Shown here: piece after piece, positions 6,565 through 16,077 of the stretch
How positions within the stretch are numbered: the stretch's first letter is position 1
How the letters are laid out: the number at the start of each line of letters is the position of its first letter
Source: a virus
Lineage: Duplodnaviria; Caudoviricetes
Length of the DNA stretch: 28,272 nt
IMG/VR virus record: IMGVR_UViG_3300039216_000004
Coordinates: 1-28,272 of that record
Direction: 5' to 3' (one strand)
Notes under the pieces: model-generated
What the model was told of the DNA's origin: nothing
The model's input: the letters and a program-made list of their open reading frames with translations, nothing else
The model's database searches: none
Position numbers and translations under genes: made by a program

Positions 6565-8017
6565 AAAACACATAAAACCCATTAAATCAGTAAGAAACGA
6601 CAAAGCCGTGCCATATCCTAAAGATTTAATGAATATGGGCACAGGCGAACTAAGAGAGAAGCTACATGCCCTTACGCAAGCCCAGAACAGCGTTGGCGGC
6701 GGTTATCCGCTTAACGGCCTTGTAGGGTTCCCGGCAGGTAATATGTCACCTATGTCACAGCCCTGGACCATTGCAGACTCAAACAATTATGTGCCCTTGA
6801 CTCTTGACCGTATTCTTTTGACGTTTGCCTACATGACGCATGGTATATTCCAGACCGCTATTGATCAGCCGGTATACGATGGCTATAAGGGCGGCATAAT
6901 TATTAACTCCCCAGATTTAGATGAGGCAGATATTCAGCTGCTCCAAGAGCACATCAGGGACAACCGCACACTCCATGAGGTCAGGGACGCGCAACGGTGG
7001 GCCCGTCTTTATGGTGGGGCCGGTCTTATCATCAACACCACCCAGAATGGCGATACAGACCGCCAGTACCCCCTACGCCGTGAGTTTATGGACTACCCTG
7101 ACACCCCACTATCCTTTGTGGCTGCGGACCGGTGGGAGCTTACTATGTCGATTGTCAACTTCCAGGATGTAGAATTCCCGTATAATTACTATGGCACTCC
7201 TCTACCAAAAGACCGCGTACTGCGGATCATCGGTAAAGAAGCGCCATCATTCGTTAGACCCCAACTCATGGGGTGGGGATTCAGTGACCTAGAACGCATG
7301 ATCAGGGAGCTTAACGCTTACGTGCGCGCCAATGAATCGCTATTCCAAATGCTCAAAGAGTGGAATATTGACGTTTGGCAGTTAGTCGGATTTAATGACA
7401 CCATCCTATCAGACCTGGCACAGGGCAAAGTCAACAAGCGCATTATGTACGCTAACTACCTGAAAAGCACAACTAACTCGATTATGATGGATGCAGAAGA
7501 TAAGTTTGAGCAGAGAACCCAGACCTTCTCCGGGGTGGGTGAAGTATTCCAGCAGATAAGGCTAGGAACGTGCGGGGCCTTGCGCATGCCTATGTCAAAG
7601 GTATTCGGTTTTGCAGCATCAGGTCTAAACTCTAATCAAGATGACATGGAGAATTACAACGCCATGATCGAAGCCGAGATCAGAGAGCCGGCCATACCAA
7701 TACTGCATGATGTGGTTGGGTTGTCATGCCGGCAGTTATTCGGATATGAGCCGGAATTGACCATCAGCTTTAAGCCATTGCGCGAATTAGACGCGGTTGA
7801 GGAAGAAGAAGTTAAAACCTCTAAACAAACTCGCCTCTTCCAGTTTTACACGGCAGGCTTATTATCTCCCCAAGAAACAATGGAGAGCGCGAAAAAGCAA
7901 GAGCTTCACATGGAGGATAGCAAAGTGTTGCATGGTGCTGATCCGGAGCCGCCAATGATGCAGCAGATGGAAGATGATCCGGTGGCCGGCCCAAAGAAGA
8001 AAGAGAAAGATGCGTAA
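6554..8017 (+). CDS. Portal protein (DUF1073-type)
   Basis: Follows TerL; 487 aa; WARLYGGAG, GWGFS and RMPMSKVFG motifs. Confidence 0.88.
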   Translation: MSYKKHIKPIKSVRNDKAVPYPKDLMNMGTGELREKLHALTQAQNSVGGGYPLNGLVGFPAGNMSPMSQPWTIADSNNYVPLTLDRILLTFAYMTHGIFQTAIDQPVYDGYKGGIIINSPDLDEADIQLLQEHIRDNRTLHEVRDAQRWARLYGGAGLIINTTQNGDTDRQYPLRREFMDYPDTPLSFVAADRWELTMSIVNFQDVEFPYNYYGTPLPKDRVLRIIGKEAPSFVRPQLMGWGFSDLERMIRELNAYVRANESLFQMLKEWNIDVWQLVGFNDTILSDLAQGKVNKRIMYANYLKSTTNSIMMDAEDKFEQRTQTFSGVGEVFQQIRLGTCGALRMPMSKVFGFAASGLNSNQDDMENYNAMIEAEIREPAIPILHDVVGLSCRQLFGYEPELTISFKPLRELDAVEEEEVKTSKQTRLFQFYTAGLLSPQETMESAKKQELHMEDSKVLHGADPEPPMMQQMEDDPVAGPKKKEKDA

Positions 8018-8984
8018 ATATCTGCGTCCTATATTTGATCGGGATAAATACCATTTGCAAATTGAAGCAGAGATAAAGCGTCTATTGTATTACCACATAT
8101 TCAAACCAGTTTTGGATATTGTAGACGCTGACAACCTATCTAAAGTGCGCCAGGGCAAGTTTGAAAATGCAATCAGCAACGCTTTATTAGAAGCCTTGCG
8201 CGACGGGACAATAGTATACGTTGATGGGTTCTTTACCGGAAAGATGAACGCGGCTATCGGTCTTGAATTAAGAAAGCTAGGTGCGCGGTTCAACCATGTT
8301 AAGAAAGCGTACGCCATAGAACGCTATGATTTGCCAAGCGATATTATTTATGCAATCGCTAAAGGGCAAGACGCATTAAATAAAAAAGTAGAAGCGATCT
8401 ATGACCATTTGGAGTATTTAAGAAAAAGTCAAGAAGTAAATCCGATCAACTTCTCGCCTCAGCTAGAGGGAATAATTATTGATTTGGATAAGCAATACTC
8501 GTCGACAATACCTAAAGATTTAAGTGTGCCTATGGTTGAGACACATTATACCAAGGTACAATTGACAAAAAATTATTCAGAAAACTTGAACTTAGATATA
8601 AAAAATTGGTATGATGAAGCTGTACTAAGATTAAGAAAGAAAGTACATGATAATGTTGTTGAAGGATATCGGGCTGCGAACTTGGTAGATATTATCCAAG
8701 CTGAAAAGGAATCGAGTTATGCTCACGCCCTTTTCATCGCAAAACAGGAAACAAGTTTATTGGTAAGTAACTATCGTGTGGCACGGTATCAAGAAGCTGG
8801 ATTGAAAAGATTTGTTTGGAGTACGTCAAATGACGAAAGGGTTCGTGTGGATCATCGTAGATTAAATAACCACATTTACAGTTTTAACGAACCCCCTGTA
8901 ACTAACAGGAAAACAGGGGCAAGGAATTTGCCGGGATGTGATTTTGGGTGCCGATGCGATTGTTGGCCCGTCGTGGAGAATTAA
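8010..8984 (+). CDS. Head morphogenesis protein (Mu gpF / SPP1 gp7-like)
   Basis: IAKQETS, FVWSTSNDERVRVDH, PGCDFGCRC; ATG 8010 overlapping the portal end is the likelier start. Confidence 0.9.
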   Translation: MRKYLRPIFDRDKYHLQIEAEIKRLLYYHIFKPVLDIVDADNLSKVRQGKFENAISNALLEALRDGTIVYVDGFFTGKMNAAIGLELRKLGARFNHVKKAYAIERYDLPSDIIYAIAKGQDALNKKVEAIYDHLEYLRKSQEVNPINFSPQLEGIIIDLDKQYSSTIPKDLSVPMVETHYTKVQLTKNYSENLNLDIKNWYDEAVLRLRKKVHDNVVEGYRAANLVDIIQAEKESSYAHALFIAKQETSLLVSNYRVARYQEAGLKRFVWSTSNDERVRVDHRRLNNHIYSFNEPPVTNRKTGARNLPGCDFGCRCDCWPVVEN

Positions 8985-9055
8985 ATGAGTATTTAGTAAA
9001 GAATTCATAATCAAATTATCTCGGACTGATCCCCGAGGTGACCAATAAGTTTTAG

Positions 9056-9094
9056 AACCTTGACTGTGCGCACAGGTGCAGTCAAGGTTTTTTA
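9056..9094 (+). terminator. Intrinsic terminator before the protease gene
   Basis: AACCTTGACTG/CAGTCAAGGTT 11-bp stem followed by a T-run. Confidence 0.75.
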
Positions 9095-9108
9095 TTGGGA
9101 AAGGTAAA

Positions 9109-10344
9109 ATGTTCAAGTTCATAAAGAAAGCACAAAACTCTCGCATTGATCCCATAGTCCATACGGGAACTTTTATTGCCCCTGGATTAGTAAGTTACAA
9201 AGACGTTAAAGGCGGCATGTGCCTCTTAAAGAAAGAAACCATCGACGAGATGTTGAATTCCATTATCGGGATTCCGGTAGTCATCGGGCATCCTCCTGAT
9301 GGAACAAAAGGAGATGATCTCAAAAAGTTACAAAAGGGAGTTGTCATTGGTGGCCGGTTCAATACAGGCAGCGGTGAATTTGAAGCGCAATTCATTAACA
9401 CCGATTCAGAGGCCGAGGACAAAGTTAAGAAAGGGTATTCTCTATCCGTAGCATACAACGATATTAAGAATGGTCCTGGTGGCGTTTATCATGCTATTCC
9501 TTATCATCAAGAAATTTTAGGCGGGAAGTTCACTCACCTCGCCATCGTAGAAGCCAGGACCGCACGATATGAAGAAGCCTATATCGACACCGGCCTTAAA
9601 GTATTTCAGAATTCCATTGGTGAGGGAAGCGTACTCACTGACAAACCAAAACAGGAGGACAAATCGATGTTAAAGTTTAAATTTCATTATCCTATCACCG
9701 TTGAGCACGTGGAAAACTCAGTTGATCCTGAGAAAACATTTGTTGACGTTGGCGGCAAGAAGGTGTCAGTCAAAGCCTTAGTCGCAGCGTTCAACTCCAA
9801 AGCACCAGCCACGGAAAAGACCGAGGAAGTCGCGGAAGATGCAACAATCGAGATCAAGAACGCCAAGGGCGATACCGTGTCAGTGGCGGTCAAGGACCTC
9901 GTAGAAGCCTTTAATGCGTCAGCTGCTTCTGATGATGAGGATGCAAAGAAGAAAAAAGCTGATGAGGAAAAAGAGGAAGAGGAATTTAAGAACTCCCTCG
10001 ACGAGAAGGAAAAAGAGGATTACGCCAAGATGGATCAGGAGAAAAAGAATTGCTTCAAGGCGGCCAAGAACGCCAAGAAGGAAGTCAAGAATTCTGTGGA
10101 GTTGAAGAATTCCAAAGGTGAAACTGTTGCGGTTCCTTTGGACAAGTTGATCGAGGTTTACAACGCTATGGAATCTAGCCGGGATGAAAGCAATCTTAAA
10201 ACATTCCAGCTGATCAATTCCAAGGGCAGGAATGAAGTCGCGCCGCCTGTTGTTGGGACCAAGGATGATGGCAGCCGGGCATCTGGTGCCAAACGTGGTC
10301 AGGAATATTTCGGCAAAATGAAGAAGTTTGCCGGTAAGAAATAA
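9109..10344 (+). CDS. Prohead protease-scaffold fusion (DUF2213-type)
   Basis: PVVIGHP, LSVAY and THLAIV..AR motifs, then a charged scaffold-like C-terminus; ATG 9109 with GGAAAGG SD. Confidence 0.85.
   Translation: MFKFIKKAQNSRIDPIVHTGTFIAPGLVSYKDVKGGMCLLKKETIDEMLNSIIGIPVVIGHPPDGTKGDDLKKLQKGVVIGGRFNTGSGEFEAQFINTDSEAEDKVKKGYSLSVAYNDIKNGPGGVYHAIPYHQEILGGKFTHLAIVEARTARYEEAYIDTGLKVFQNSIGEGSVLTDKPKQEDKSMLKFKFHYPITVEHVENSVDPEKTFVDVGGKKVSVKALVAAFNSKAPATEKTEEVAEDATIEIKNAKGDTVSVAVKDLVEAFNASAASDDEDAKKKKADEEKEEEEFKNSLDEKEKEDYAKMDQEKKNCFKAAKNAKKEVKNSVELKNSKGETVAVPLDKLIEVYNAMESSRDESNLKTFQLINSKGRNEVAPPVVGTKDDGSRASGAKRGQEYFGKMKKFAGKK
9667..10344 (+). CDS. Nested in-frame scaffold protein (225 aa)
   Basis: Internal AGGAGG SD 8 nt before an in-frame ATG at the domain boundary. 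Confidence 0.7.
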   Translation: MLKFKFHYPITVEHVENSVDPEKTFVDVGGKKVSVKALVAAFNSKAPATEKTEEVAEDATIEIKNAKGDTVSVAVKDLVEAFNASAASDDEDAKKKKADEEKEEEEFKNSLDEKEKEDYAKMDQEKKNCFKAAKNAKKEVKNSVELKNSKGETVAVPLDKLIEVYNAMESSRDESNLKTFQLINSKGRNEVAPPVVGTKDDGSRASGAKRGQEYFGKMKKFAGKK

Positions 10345-10399
10345 ATAGGTTTAAAAAGTTAGGGCGTTTAACCAAATATCAATCAGGAGGAAATAAGCA

Positions 10400-11281
10400 A
10401 TGAGCCATACAGCGCAACAGTTTCAGAGCAACCAATTCGCAAACAATGTCCCTATTAAGGGGGACTCAGCAAGAACGGTTAATTTTAACGTCCTTCCGGT
10501 GATGATGGACCCCGCCTCCACCAATACAATTTATCCTGGGGATGCCGTTGTTTTGACCGTGGCGAGCGGTAGTCAAATCTTTGTTGATAAGGCCACGGCC
10601 GTCCAAGAACCTTTTGGGTTTTACCTATTGGATGAGAAGAAAGCGGCCAAGTCTGCCAATATGTCACTTGAAATTGCATGTTTCGGTGAAATGATCTGGG
10701 CCGAAGCAAGTGGGTCAATCAGCCGTGGTGGGAACTTGGAATATGTTCCCGATTCTTCTGAGAATTCTGGCGTACCTACCAATGGTCCGCTCATGAAGAC
10801 TTCAGCTGGCGTGAATCCTATCTCTGGCGTTGCAGTTGACAACGCGTCTGATGGGCAGTTATTCCGGTTTATCATTACGCAAACCCAAAGCACGTACACC
10901 CCGACATTCGTCGGCGGATCAATTAATAACACCCCGATCGGGGCCGCGACTCCGAACACGGGCAATTTTACTTCCCTGAGTACGGTGGTGACCGCCTTAA
11001 CTCCGAGTGCGACTGTTTCCGTTGACCCGACTTTGGGCGGCGTGTTTACATTGGTACCGGCACAGGCCGAGAACATCAATGCAGCTTCAGTGATTAACGG
11101 AACGTCAATTATTTTCCTTATCACTACCAGCGGGACCACAACGTACAACGTGACGTTCAATACCAACTTCAAGAGCACCGGAGTTTTAGCAACTGGTGCC
11201 GTTTCAGGTAAAGTTTTCACGATCGAGTTCATCGGTGCCGGTGGCGTCTATAACGAAGTTAGCAGAACCACGGCAATGTGA
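10400..11281 (+). CDS. Capsid decoration/cement protein with a C-terminal fibre-like extension
   Basis: Lies between scaffold and MCP; cement-like N-terminal ~160 aa, then GGSINNTPIGA linker and a beta-rich domain. Confidence 0.7.
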   Translation: MSHTAQQFQSNQFANNVPIKGDSARTVNFNVLPVMMDPASTNTIYPGDAVVLTVASGSQIFVDKATAVQEPFGFYLLDEKKAAKSANMSLEIACFGEMIWAEASGSISRGGNLEYVPDSSENSGVPTNGPLMKTSAGVNPISGVAVDNASDGQLFRFIITQTQSTYTPTFVGGSINNTPIGAATPNTGNFTSLSTVVTALTPSATVSVDPTLGGVFTLVPAQAENINAASVINGTSIIFLITTSGTTTYNVTFNTNFKSTGVLATGAVSGKVFTIEFIGAGGVYNEVSRTTAM

Positions 11282-11329
11282 CGGATGGAATCAAAATTTT
11301 AAACTTCGATAACCAGGAGGACTAAACGA

Positions 11330-12388
11330 ATGAAGACAGTAATCGGGTGGGATGCCAGTAAGAAATCGGACCTCTTTCCAAAGGGTGAACCGATATTCGC
11401 TCTTCGGGGCGGGGATGAATTAAAGAACGCCAACGGTGATATCGCGGGCACCAGCCTTGGCGTACAGCGTTCAATGGATACGCTGACGTACATGAAGAAG
11501 TTGATCACAGTACCGAAGTATTATGAAGTCAATATTTCGGATTATGTGCCGGTGATCATCGGGGAGGGTTCATGGGCGGATAATATCCTGACCCATCTGA
11601 CCATCAATTCCTCTGGTGATTTCGAGGACGGTATCATCAACCAGGGCATCGACAATGCATCTTTGAGCAAAGTCAATGCGGCCATTTCGTCTATCACTGT
11701 CCCTGTCATCACCTGGGCCAAGACGGTGAATTATAATCAAATCGAGGTGGAGCAAGCCCTTTTTGGCAATAACTGGAATGTCATCAATTCCAGACATGAA
11801 TCGCGCCAGTTAAACTGGGAGCAGGGTGTCCAGCAATGGGCATTCTTGGGTTCCAAAAACCGTAAAGATGTATACGGCCTCTTAACCCAGCCGAATGTCA
11901 ATATCTCATCGGTCATCACAAATCCTTTGAGCACTTTGGCATACGCAGATTTCTCCACGTTTATCGGGGGGATCTATGAAGCATACCGGAAGAACTGTAA
12001 CCGCACCGCGAAGCCTAACCGCTTCATTATGCCTGAGGATGATTTTAACGGCATGGGCGTACCGTTCAATCCTGCCTATCCTTTGAACACCAGGATGGCA
12101 TGGTTATTGCAGACCTTCGCTAATTTGGGATTGTCTGATATGAAGATTCTTCCCTGCGCGTATGGGATGAGTGATTACAACTCCCAGTATTTGTCGAGCA
12201 TGAACCGTTATGCTATGTACAATTACGAAGAGGAATCGATCAGGATGGATATTCCTGTCAATATCCGTTCCACAATGCCGGGAACTTTGAACAATTTCAT
12301 GTTCCAGGATGTGGCTTACGCGATGTTGACCGGTGTCTTGGCGTATCGATCTCTGGAAATGTTATATTTCGATACCCCGGCCACGTAA
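11330..12388 (+). CDS. Major capsid protein (HK97 fold, DUF2184-like)
   Basis: 352 aa; AGGAGG SD; AFLG...VYGLLTQPNV and PNRFIMP motifs; gene order. Confidence 0.88.
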   Translation: MKTVIGWDASKKSDLFPKGEPIFALRGGDELKNANGDIAGTSLGVQRSMDTLTYMKKLITVPKYYEVNISDYVPVIIGEGSWADNILTHLTINSSGDFEDGIINQGIDNASLSKVNAAISSITVPVITWAKTVNYNQIEVEQALFGNNWNVINSRHESRQLNWEQGVQQWAFLGSKNRKDVYGLLTQPNVNISSVITNPLSTLAYADFSTFIGGIYEAYRKNCNRTAKPNRFIMPEDDFNGMGVPFNPAYPLNTRMAWLLQTFANLGLSDMKILPCAYGMSDYNSQYLSSMNRYAMYNYEEESIRMDIPVNIRSTMPGTLNNFMFQDVAYAMLTGVLAYRSLEMLYFDTPAT

Positions 12389-12408
12389 GGCGAACAAATA
12401 GAATTCAA

Positions 12409-12450
12409 CAAATGAGGGAGAGGTAAAATCTCTCCCTGCATTTGAACTTT
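12409..12450 (+). terminator. Stem-loop or weak terminator after MCP
   Basis: CAAATG-AGGGAGAG/CTCTCCCT-G-CATTTG followed by AACTTTT. Confidence 0.6.
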
Positions 12451-12464
12451 TAACAGGAGGAGCC

Positions 12465-12734
12465 ATGAAGCTACAATTAAGATCCCTAAGGACATTTATC
12501 GAGATGCCCGATGCTATTATCAGATCAATCCGGGGAGCCGATCAAGATAAGAAAACCAAGGAATGGTATTTCGGCGATGGTGATGTCGCTGATTTTACCG
12601 ATAAGCGCGGTAAACAATTATTGAAGATGTATCCCAGTGAGGTTTCACTTTGGGGTTCTGATGCAGAAATCCAGCCTGCTCCCAAAAAAACAAAGAAAAC
12701 CGTCCAAGGCGAAACACCAGCAGACTTGGCTTAA
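12465..12734 (+). CDS. Hypothetical head-associated protein
   Basis: AGGAGG SD; typical small post-MCP gene. Confidence 0.75.
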   Translation: MKLQLRSLRTFIEMPDAIIRSIRGADQDKKTKEWYFGDGDVADFTDKRGKQLLKMYPSEVSLWGSDAEIQPAPKKTKKTVQGETPADLA

Positions 12735-12748
12735 TAAAGGGTACGGAA

Positions 12749-13213
12749 ATGGCTTGGCTTCCTCCATCAGTAGCGGATTTTTCCTCATTCTTTAATCGCG
12801 ATTTTGCATACGCACCAGAGGGCGTACCCGCAAATGATCTTGATTATGTCCAGCCATCCGACATTACCCGGGCAATCAATGAAGCCGTGATTGACTTCAA
12901 TCCCGGCCTATACGGTTCACTTGCTCAAATTACCAATATATTTATGTACCTGGCCGCCTATCATCTTGTCGAGAACCTAAAAAACTCTATGAAAGGGATA
13001 GCGGCCCAAGCTAACTTCCCCACGGCCAGTCAGGGCGCTGGCGGGGTGAACGCGTCGTATCAGATACCAGAACGGTACCTGAAAAGCCCTATCTTGGCAC
13101 CGTACACACAAAATGGATATGGTATGCGTTACCTTGCCTTAGTATTGCCGTTCCTGGTTGGCAACGTGTCAGCCCCAGGCAGTTATAACCCAACACCGAG
13201 TATGGTCATATGA
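12749..13213 (+). CDS. Head-tail adaptor (DUF4054-like)
   Basis: YLAAYHL, GGVNASY and TQNGYGMRYL motifs; position. Confidence 0.8.
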   Translation: MAWLPPSVADFSSFFNRDFAYAPEGVPANDLDYVQPSDITRAINEAVIDFNPGLYGSLAQITNIFMYLAAYHLVENLKNSMKGIAAQANFPTASQGAGGVNASYQIPERYLKSPILAPYTQNGYGMRYLALVLPFLVGNVSAPGSYNPTPSMVI

Positions 13214-13773
13214 GCGAAGTTAGAAAAATAATGCGCAATGGTGACAGCACTATGACACTCAATATCAACATAGACCGGCTCCTGTTGATCCAAAAGGCTA
13301 TGGGATTACGTCTACGTGCACAAGTGGGCGTATTAGGGAACAGCCAGCATAATAGATCGGTTATCAAGCCCAGAATGGACACCGTACGCAATGACAAGGG
13401 CATTGATAGACCGAGCAAGACATTGGGATCAAACAAGACCAATGCGGAGATCGGCGCGGAACATGAGTTTGGGAGCATGACACGACATTTACCCAAACGG
13501 TCGTTCCTTTGGATGCCGCTTAGTTTTCACCTTTTTGAATATGTCCAGAAGAAATCCTCGGTATTTAACAATCTGATCAACCAGGGGAACGTGGCCGGAT
13601 GTTATACGATGCTCGGAATCGTGGGGGAGACTGTGGTTAAAGATGCTTTCAGGACCGGAGGTTTCGATAACTGGCCGCAGTTAAGCCCGGTCACGATCGA
13701 GAAAAAAGGATCAGATAAGATACTGATTGATACGACACAATTGCGTAATAGTTGTACCAGTAGGATTGTTTAA
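13210..13773 (+). CDS. Virion morphogenesis / neck protein (Mu gpG-like)
   Basis: NAEIGAEHEFG, LPKRSFL and WPQLSPVTIEKKGSDKILIDTTQLRNS motifs. Confidence 0.8.
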   Translation: MSEVRKIMRNGDSTMTLNINIDRLLLIQKAMGLRLRAQVGVLGNSQHNRSVIKPRMDTVRNDKGIDRPSKTLGSNKTNAEIGAEHEFGSMTRHLPKRSFLWMPLSFHLFEYVQKKSSVFNNLINQGNVAGCYTMLGIVGETVVKDAFRTGGFDNWPQLSPVTIEKKGSDKILIDTTQLRNSCTSRIV

Positions 13774-13776
13774 TTT

Positions 13777-13974
13777 ATGCAAGTACTAGAGCTCATAAAA
13801 AAGACATTTGAAGCACGGGGGCATACGGTAGAGAGCGTTAATCCTTTCCCAGATGCCACGTATGACGTAACCTTTATAGGCGACTTTGGAGTTAAAACGC
13901 GCAAAGTTTCATTACTACTTACTGTGGTGGGAAATGGTCAAATTGATCAATGCTTGCAGGACAAAACTAAATGA
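13777..13974 (+). CDS. Hypothetical protein
   Basis: 65-aa ORF filling the gap in the operon. Confidence 0.55.
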   Translation: MQVLELIKKTFEARGHTVESVNPFPDATYDVTFIGDFGVKTRKVSLLLTVVGNGQIDQCLQDKTK

Positions 13975-14326
13975 GTCAACGCCCGGACTTCCGGATTTAA
14001 GCGGCGCCGTGATGCGCTATTTAAGACGTATGGTCTTTGAAAAGATGCAACGGTCAATGGTGGAAGGTAGGATGCAGGCCGTACCATTTAAAATTGAATC
14101 TATGGCAGCCTTGCAGCCCTTCCAGCCCCAGCAGATCAAGGAGCTGCCAACAGGGTATCGCGCATGGTCTTGGTACCTACTGCATACCTTGACGGACTTA
14201 GAACTAGCCGTAAACGATAGATTTGTGGTAGGTGGCAAAAAGTTCAAAAATATGGCCAAAGCTAATTGGAGTTCATTCGGGTATTACGAATATAGAATCA
14301 TAAGCGATACTGAGGAAACGGAATGA
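13934..14326 (+). CDS. Head closure protein
   Basis: LQP...LPTGYRAW and NWSSFGYYEY motifs; ATG 13934 preferred over TTG 13886. Confidence 0.7.
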   Translation: MVKLINACRTKLNESTPGLPDLSGAVMRYLRRMVFEKMQRSMVEGRMQAVPFKIESMAALQPFQPQQIKELPTGYRAWSWYLLHTLTDLELAVNDRFVVGGKKFKNMAKANWSSFGYYEYRIISDTEETE

Positions 14327-14901
14327 GCACGATTGTCGTCCAGAGCGATACGATGTTATGGATTCGGGATATCCTAAAGAGTGAGATGGATCTTAAGGAT
14401 GAGCGCATATTTTTTTATAACCAGGATTATGTGCTTCCCAAAGACCAGGGCTTATGGGTGATTGTAGGATTCTCAGGGGGCAGGCCGTACGCTAATCGTA
14501 ACTATACCGGGACGGATAAGTCTGGGAATTTTGTTGAGAAGCAAAGCGTAAATTCTTTGGAGCAGATCATGGTGCATTTGATGTCATATAATTTAGAGGC
14601 ATACCAGCGCAGATACGACGTTCCCCTAGCGATTGCATCCATCTATGCCCAACAGAAGCAGAGCGCATTGGCGTTTAGAATAGGCAGAAATCCGATTGGC
14701 CCAGTCGATGCATCAGGTCAAGAGGGGCCTGAGATTAATTATAGATTTGACTGGACTTTGAATGTGCTGGTGGCCGCCGGTAAGATTAAGAGCGCGGATT
14801 ATTTAGAGAATTTCATCACTGAGTTGACGGTGGCAGACGATACCAGCAAAGATTTACAAGTTACTTTCGACCCAAGCGTTAAACCCGTAGGCTTAACTTA
14901 A
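14323..14901 (+). CDS. Neck/tail terminator protein
   Basis: Directly upstream of the sheath gene; 192 aa. Confidence 0.65.
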   Translation: MSTIVVQSDTMLWIRDILKSEMDLKDERIFFYNQDYVLPKDQGLWVIVGFSGGRPYANRNYTGTDKSGNFVEKQSVNSLEQIMVHLMSYNLEAYQRRYDVPLAIASIYAQQKQSALAFRIGRNPIGPVDASGQEGPEINYRFDWTLNVLVAAGKIKSADYLENFITELTVADDTSKDLQVTFDPSVKPVGLT

Positions 14902-14915
14902 AAGGAGAATTTTAA

Positions 14916-16049
14916 ATGAGTACAAATATCATCCCTTTATCAGAAGTCGTATCAGTGGAGGTAAGTTTAACTCCAACTGGATTACCCTCATATAACGTCA
15001 ACAATATGATCCTGATTACCTCTGACCCGTTTCTTTCTAATCCTAATGGCGATCTTATCCGCAATTACTCGGATTCCATAACTGTGGGATCAGACTTTGG
15101 AACCAACACGGAAACATGTCAGCAGTCCGAAGCGGTGTTTGCGCAGCAGAATAATATCTTGGCCGGTGGTGGCGTATTATATATTGCGCCATTCTTAACG
15201 GGCGAAACTTTGGCCCAGGCGATTGCTAGATGCAGAACGTATGCTTATTTCAATGGCATCATATCGACTAATTACGGCGATCCTTCCACGTTTGTGGCCC
15301 TGGCAGCGTCAGTACAAGCCCTGGGCAATGGATGTATTGCGCTTCCGACGGCATCAGTCGCTGATCTTTCCGGCGCACTGCTCAATGTCCAGTTAGCCAG
15401 TTTGAATAAAGGCAGAGGATTGTATTACGGAAGTTCTGCCCTAGACGCTCGCCTTTTCGCGGCCTCGTATATGTCATTTGCGTTGTCAACAAATTACAAC
15501 GGCTCTAATACCACGATCACGATGAACCTGAAACAGCTTCAAGGAATTGGTCCTGACCCCACCTTGACATCAGCAATCCGGTCACTATGCAAAACCGCTG
15601 GGGTTGATTGTTATGGGTATTTCGGTGGCAGCTATCCAGGGTGCATATCCAATGGAAATAATAAATACATGGATGAGATCACTAACGAGATTTGGCTAGC
15701 CATGACGCTCCAAGTAGAAAGTTTTGATGCTTTAGCAGAAGTTGGTACAAAGATTCCTCAGACGGATGCGGGTATTTCTATTCTTAAATCCGTTGATCGT
15801 TTGGTTATGACGCAGGCCGTAGCAAATGGGTATATTGCTCCGGGACAATGGCCATCTTCTTATACCTTTGGCAACCAGTCCGACTTTTTAAGCAATATTC
15901 TACAGTACGGATTCTATATTTACGCAGCGCCGATTGCTCAACAGTTGGCAAGTATAAAGGCCGGGAGAGTTTCACCGACTATTCAAATAGCGGCTTTACA
16001 GGCTGGCGCGGTTCATAGCGTACCTATTATTGTTAATATAATGCCGTAA
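14916..16049 (+). CDS. Tail sheath protein (DUF3383-type)
   Basis: TITMNLKQL.GI, KIPQTDAG, AVANGYIAPG and AGAVHSV motifs. Confidence 0.88.
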   Translation: MSTNIIPLSEVVSVEVSLTPTGLPSYNVNNMILITSDPFLSNPNGDLIRNYSDSITVGSDFGTNTETCQQSEAVFAQQNNILAGGGVLYIAPFLTGETLAQAIARCRTYAYFNGIISTNYGDPSTFVALAASVQALGNGCIALPTASVADLSGALLNVQLASLNKGRGLYYGSSALDARLFAASYMSFALSTNYNGSNTTITMNLKQLQGIGPDPTLTSAIRSLCKTAGVDCYGYFGGSYPGCISNGNNKYMDEITNEIWLAMTLQVESFDALAEVGTKIPQTDAGISILKSVDRLVMTQAVANGYIAPGQWPSSYTFGNQSDFLSNILQYGFYIYAAPIAQQLASIKAGRVSPTIQIAALQAGAVHSVPIIVNIMP

Positions 16050-16077
16050 GAGGCGTATAAAAAGGAGAACAAAAAAC

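Noticed and set aside
10621-11232. 203-aa antisense ORF, and similar shadow ORFs such as 17069-17617 and 23553-23870
   Set aside because: They lie opposite well-supported structural genes, lack SD sites or motifs, and are explained by codon bias
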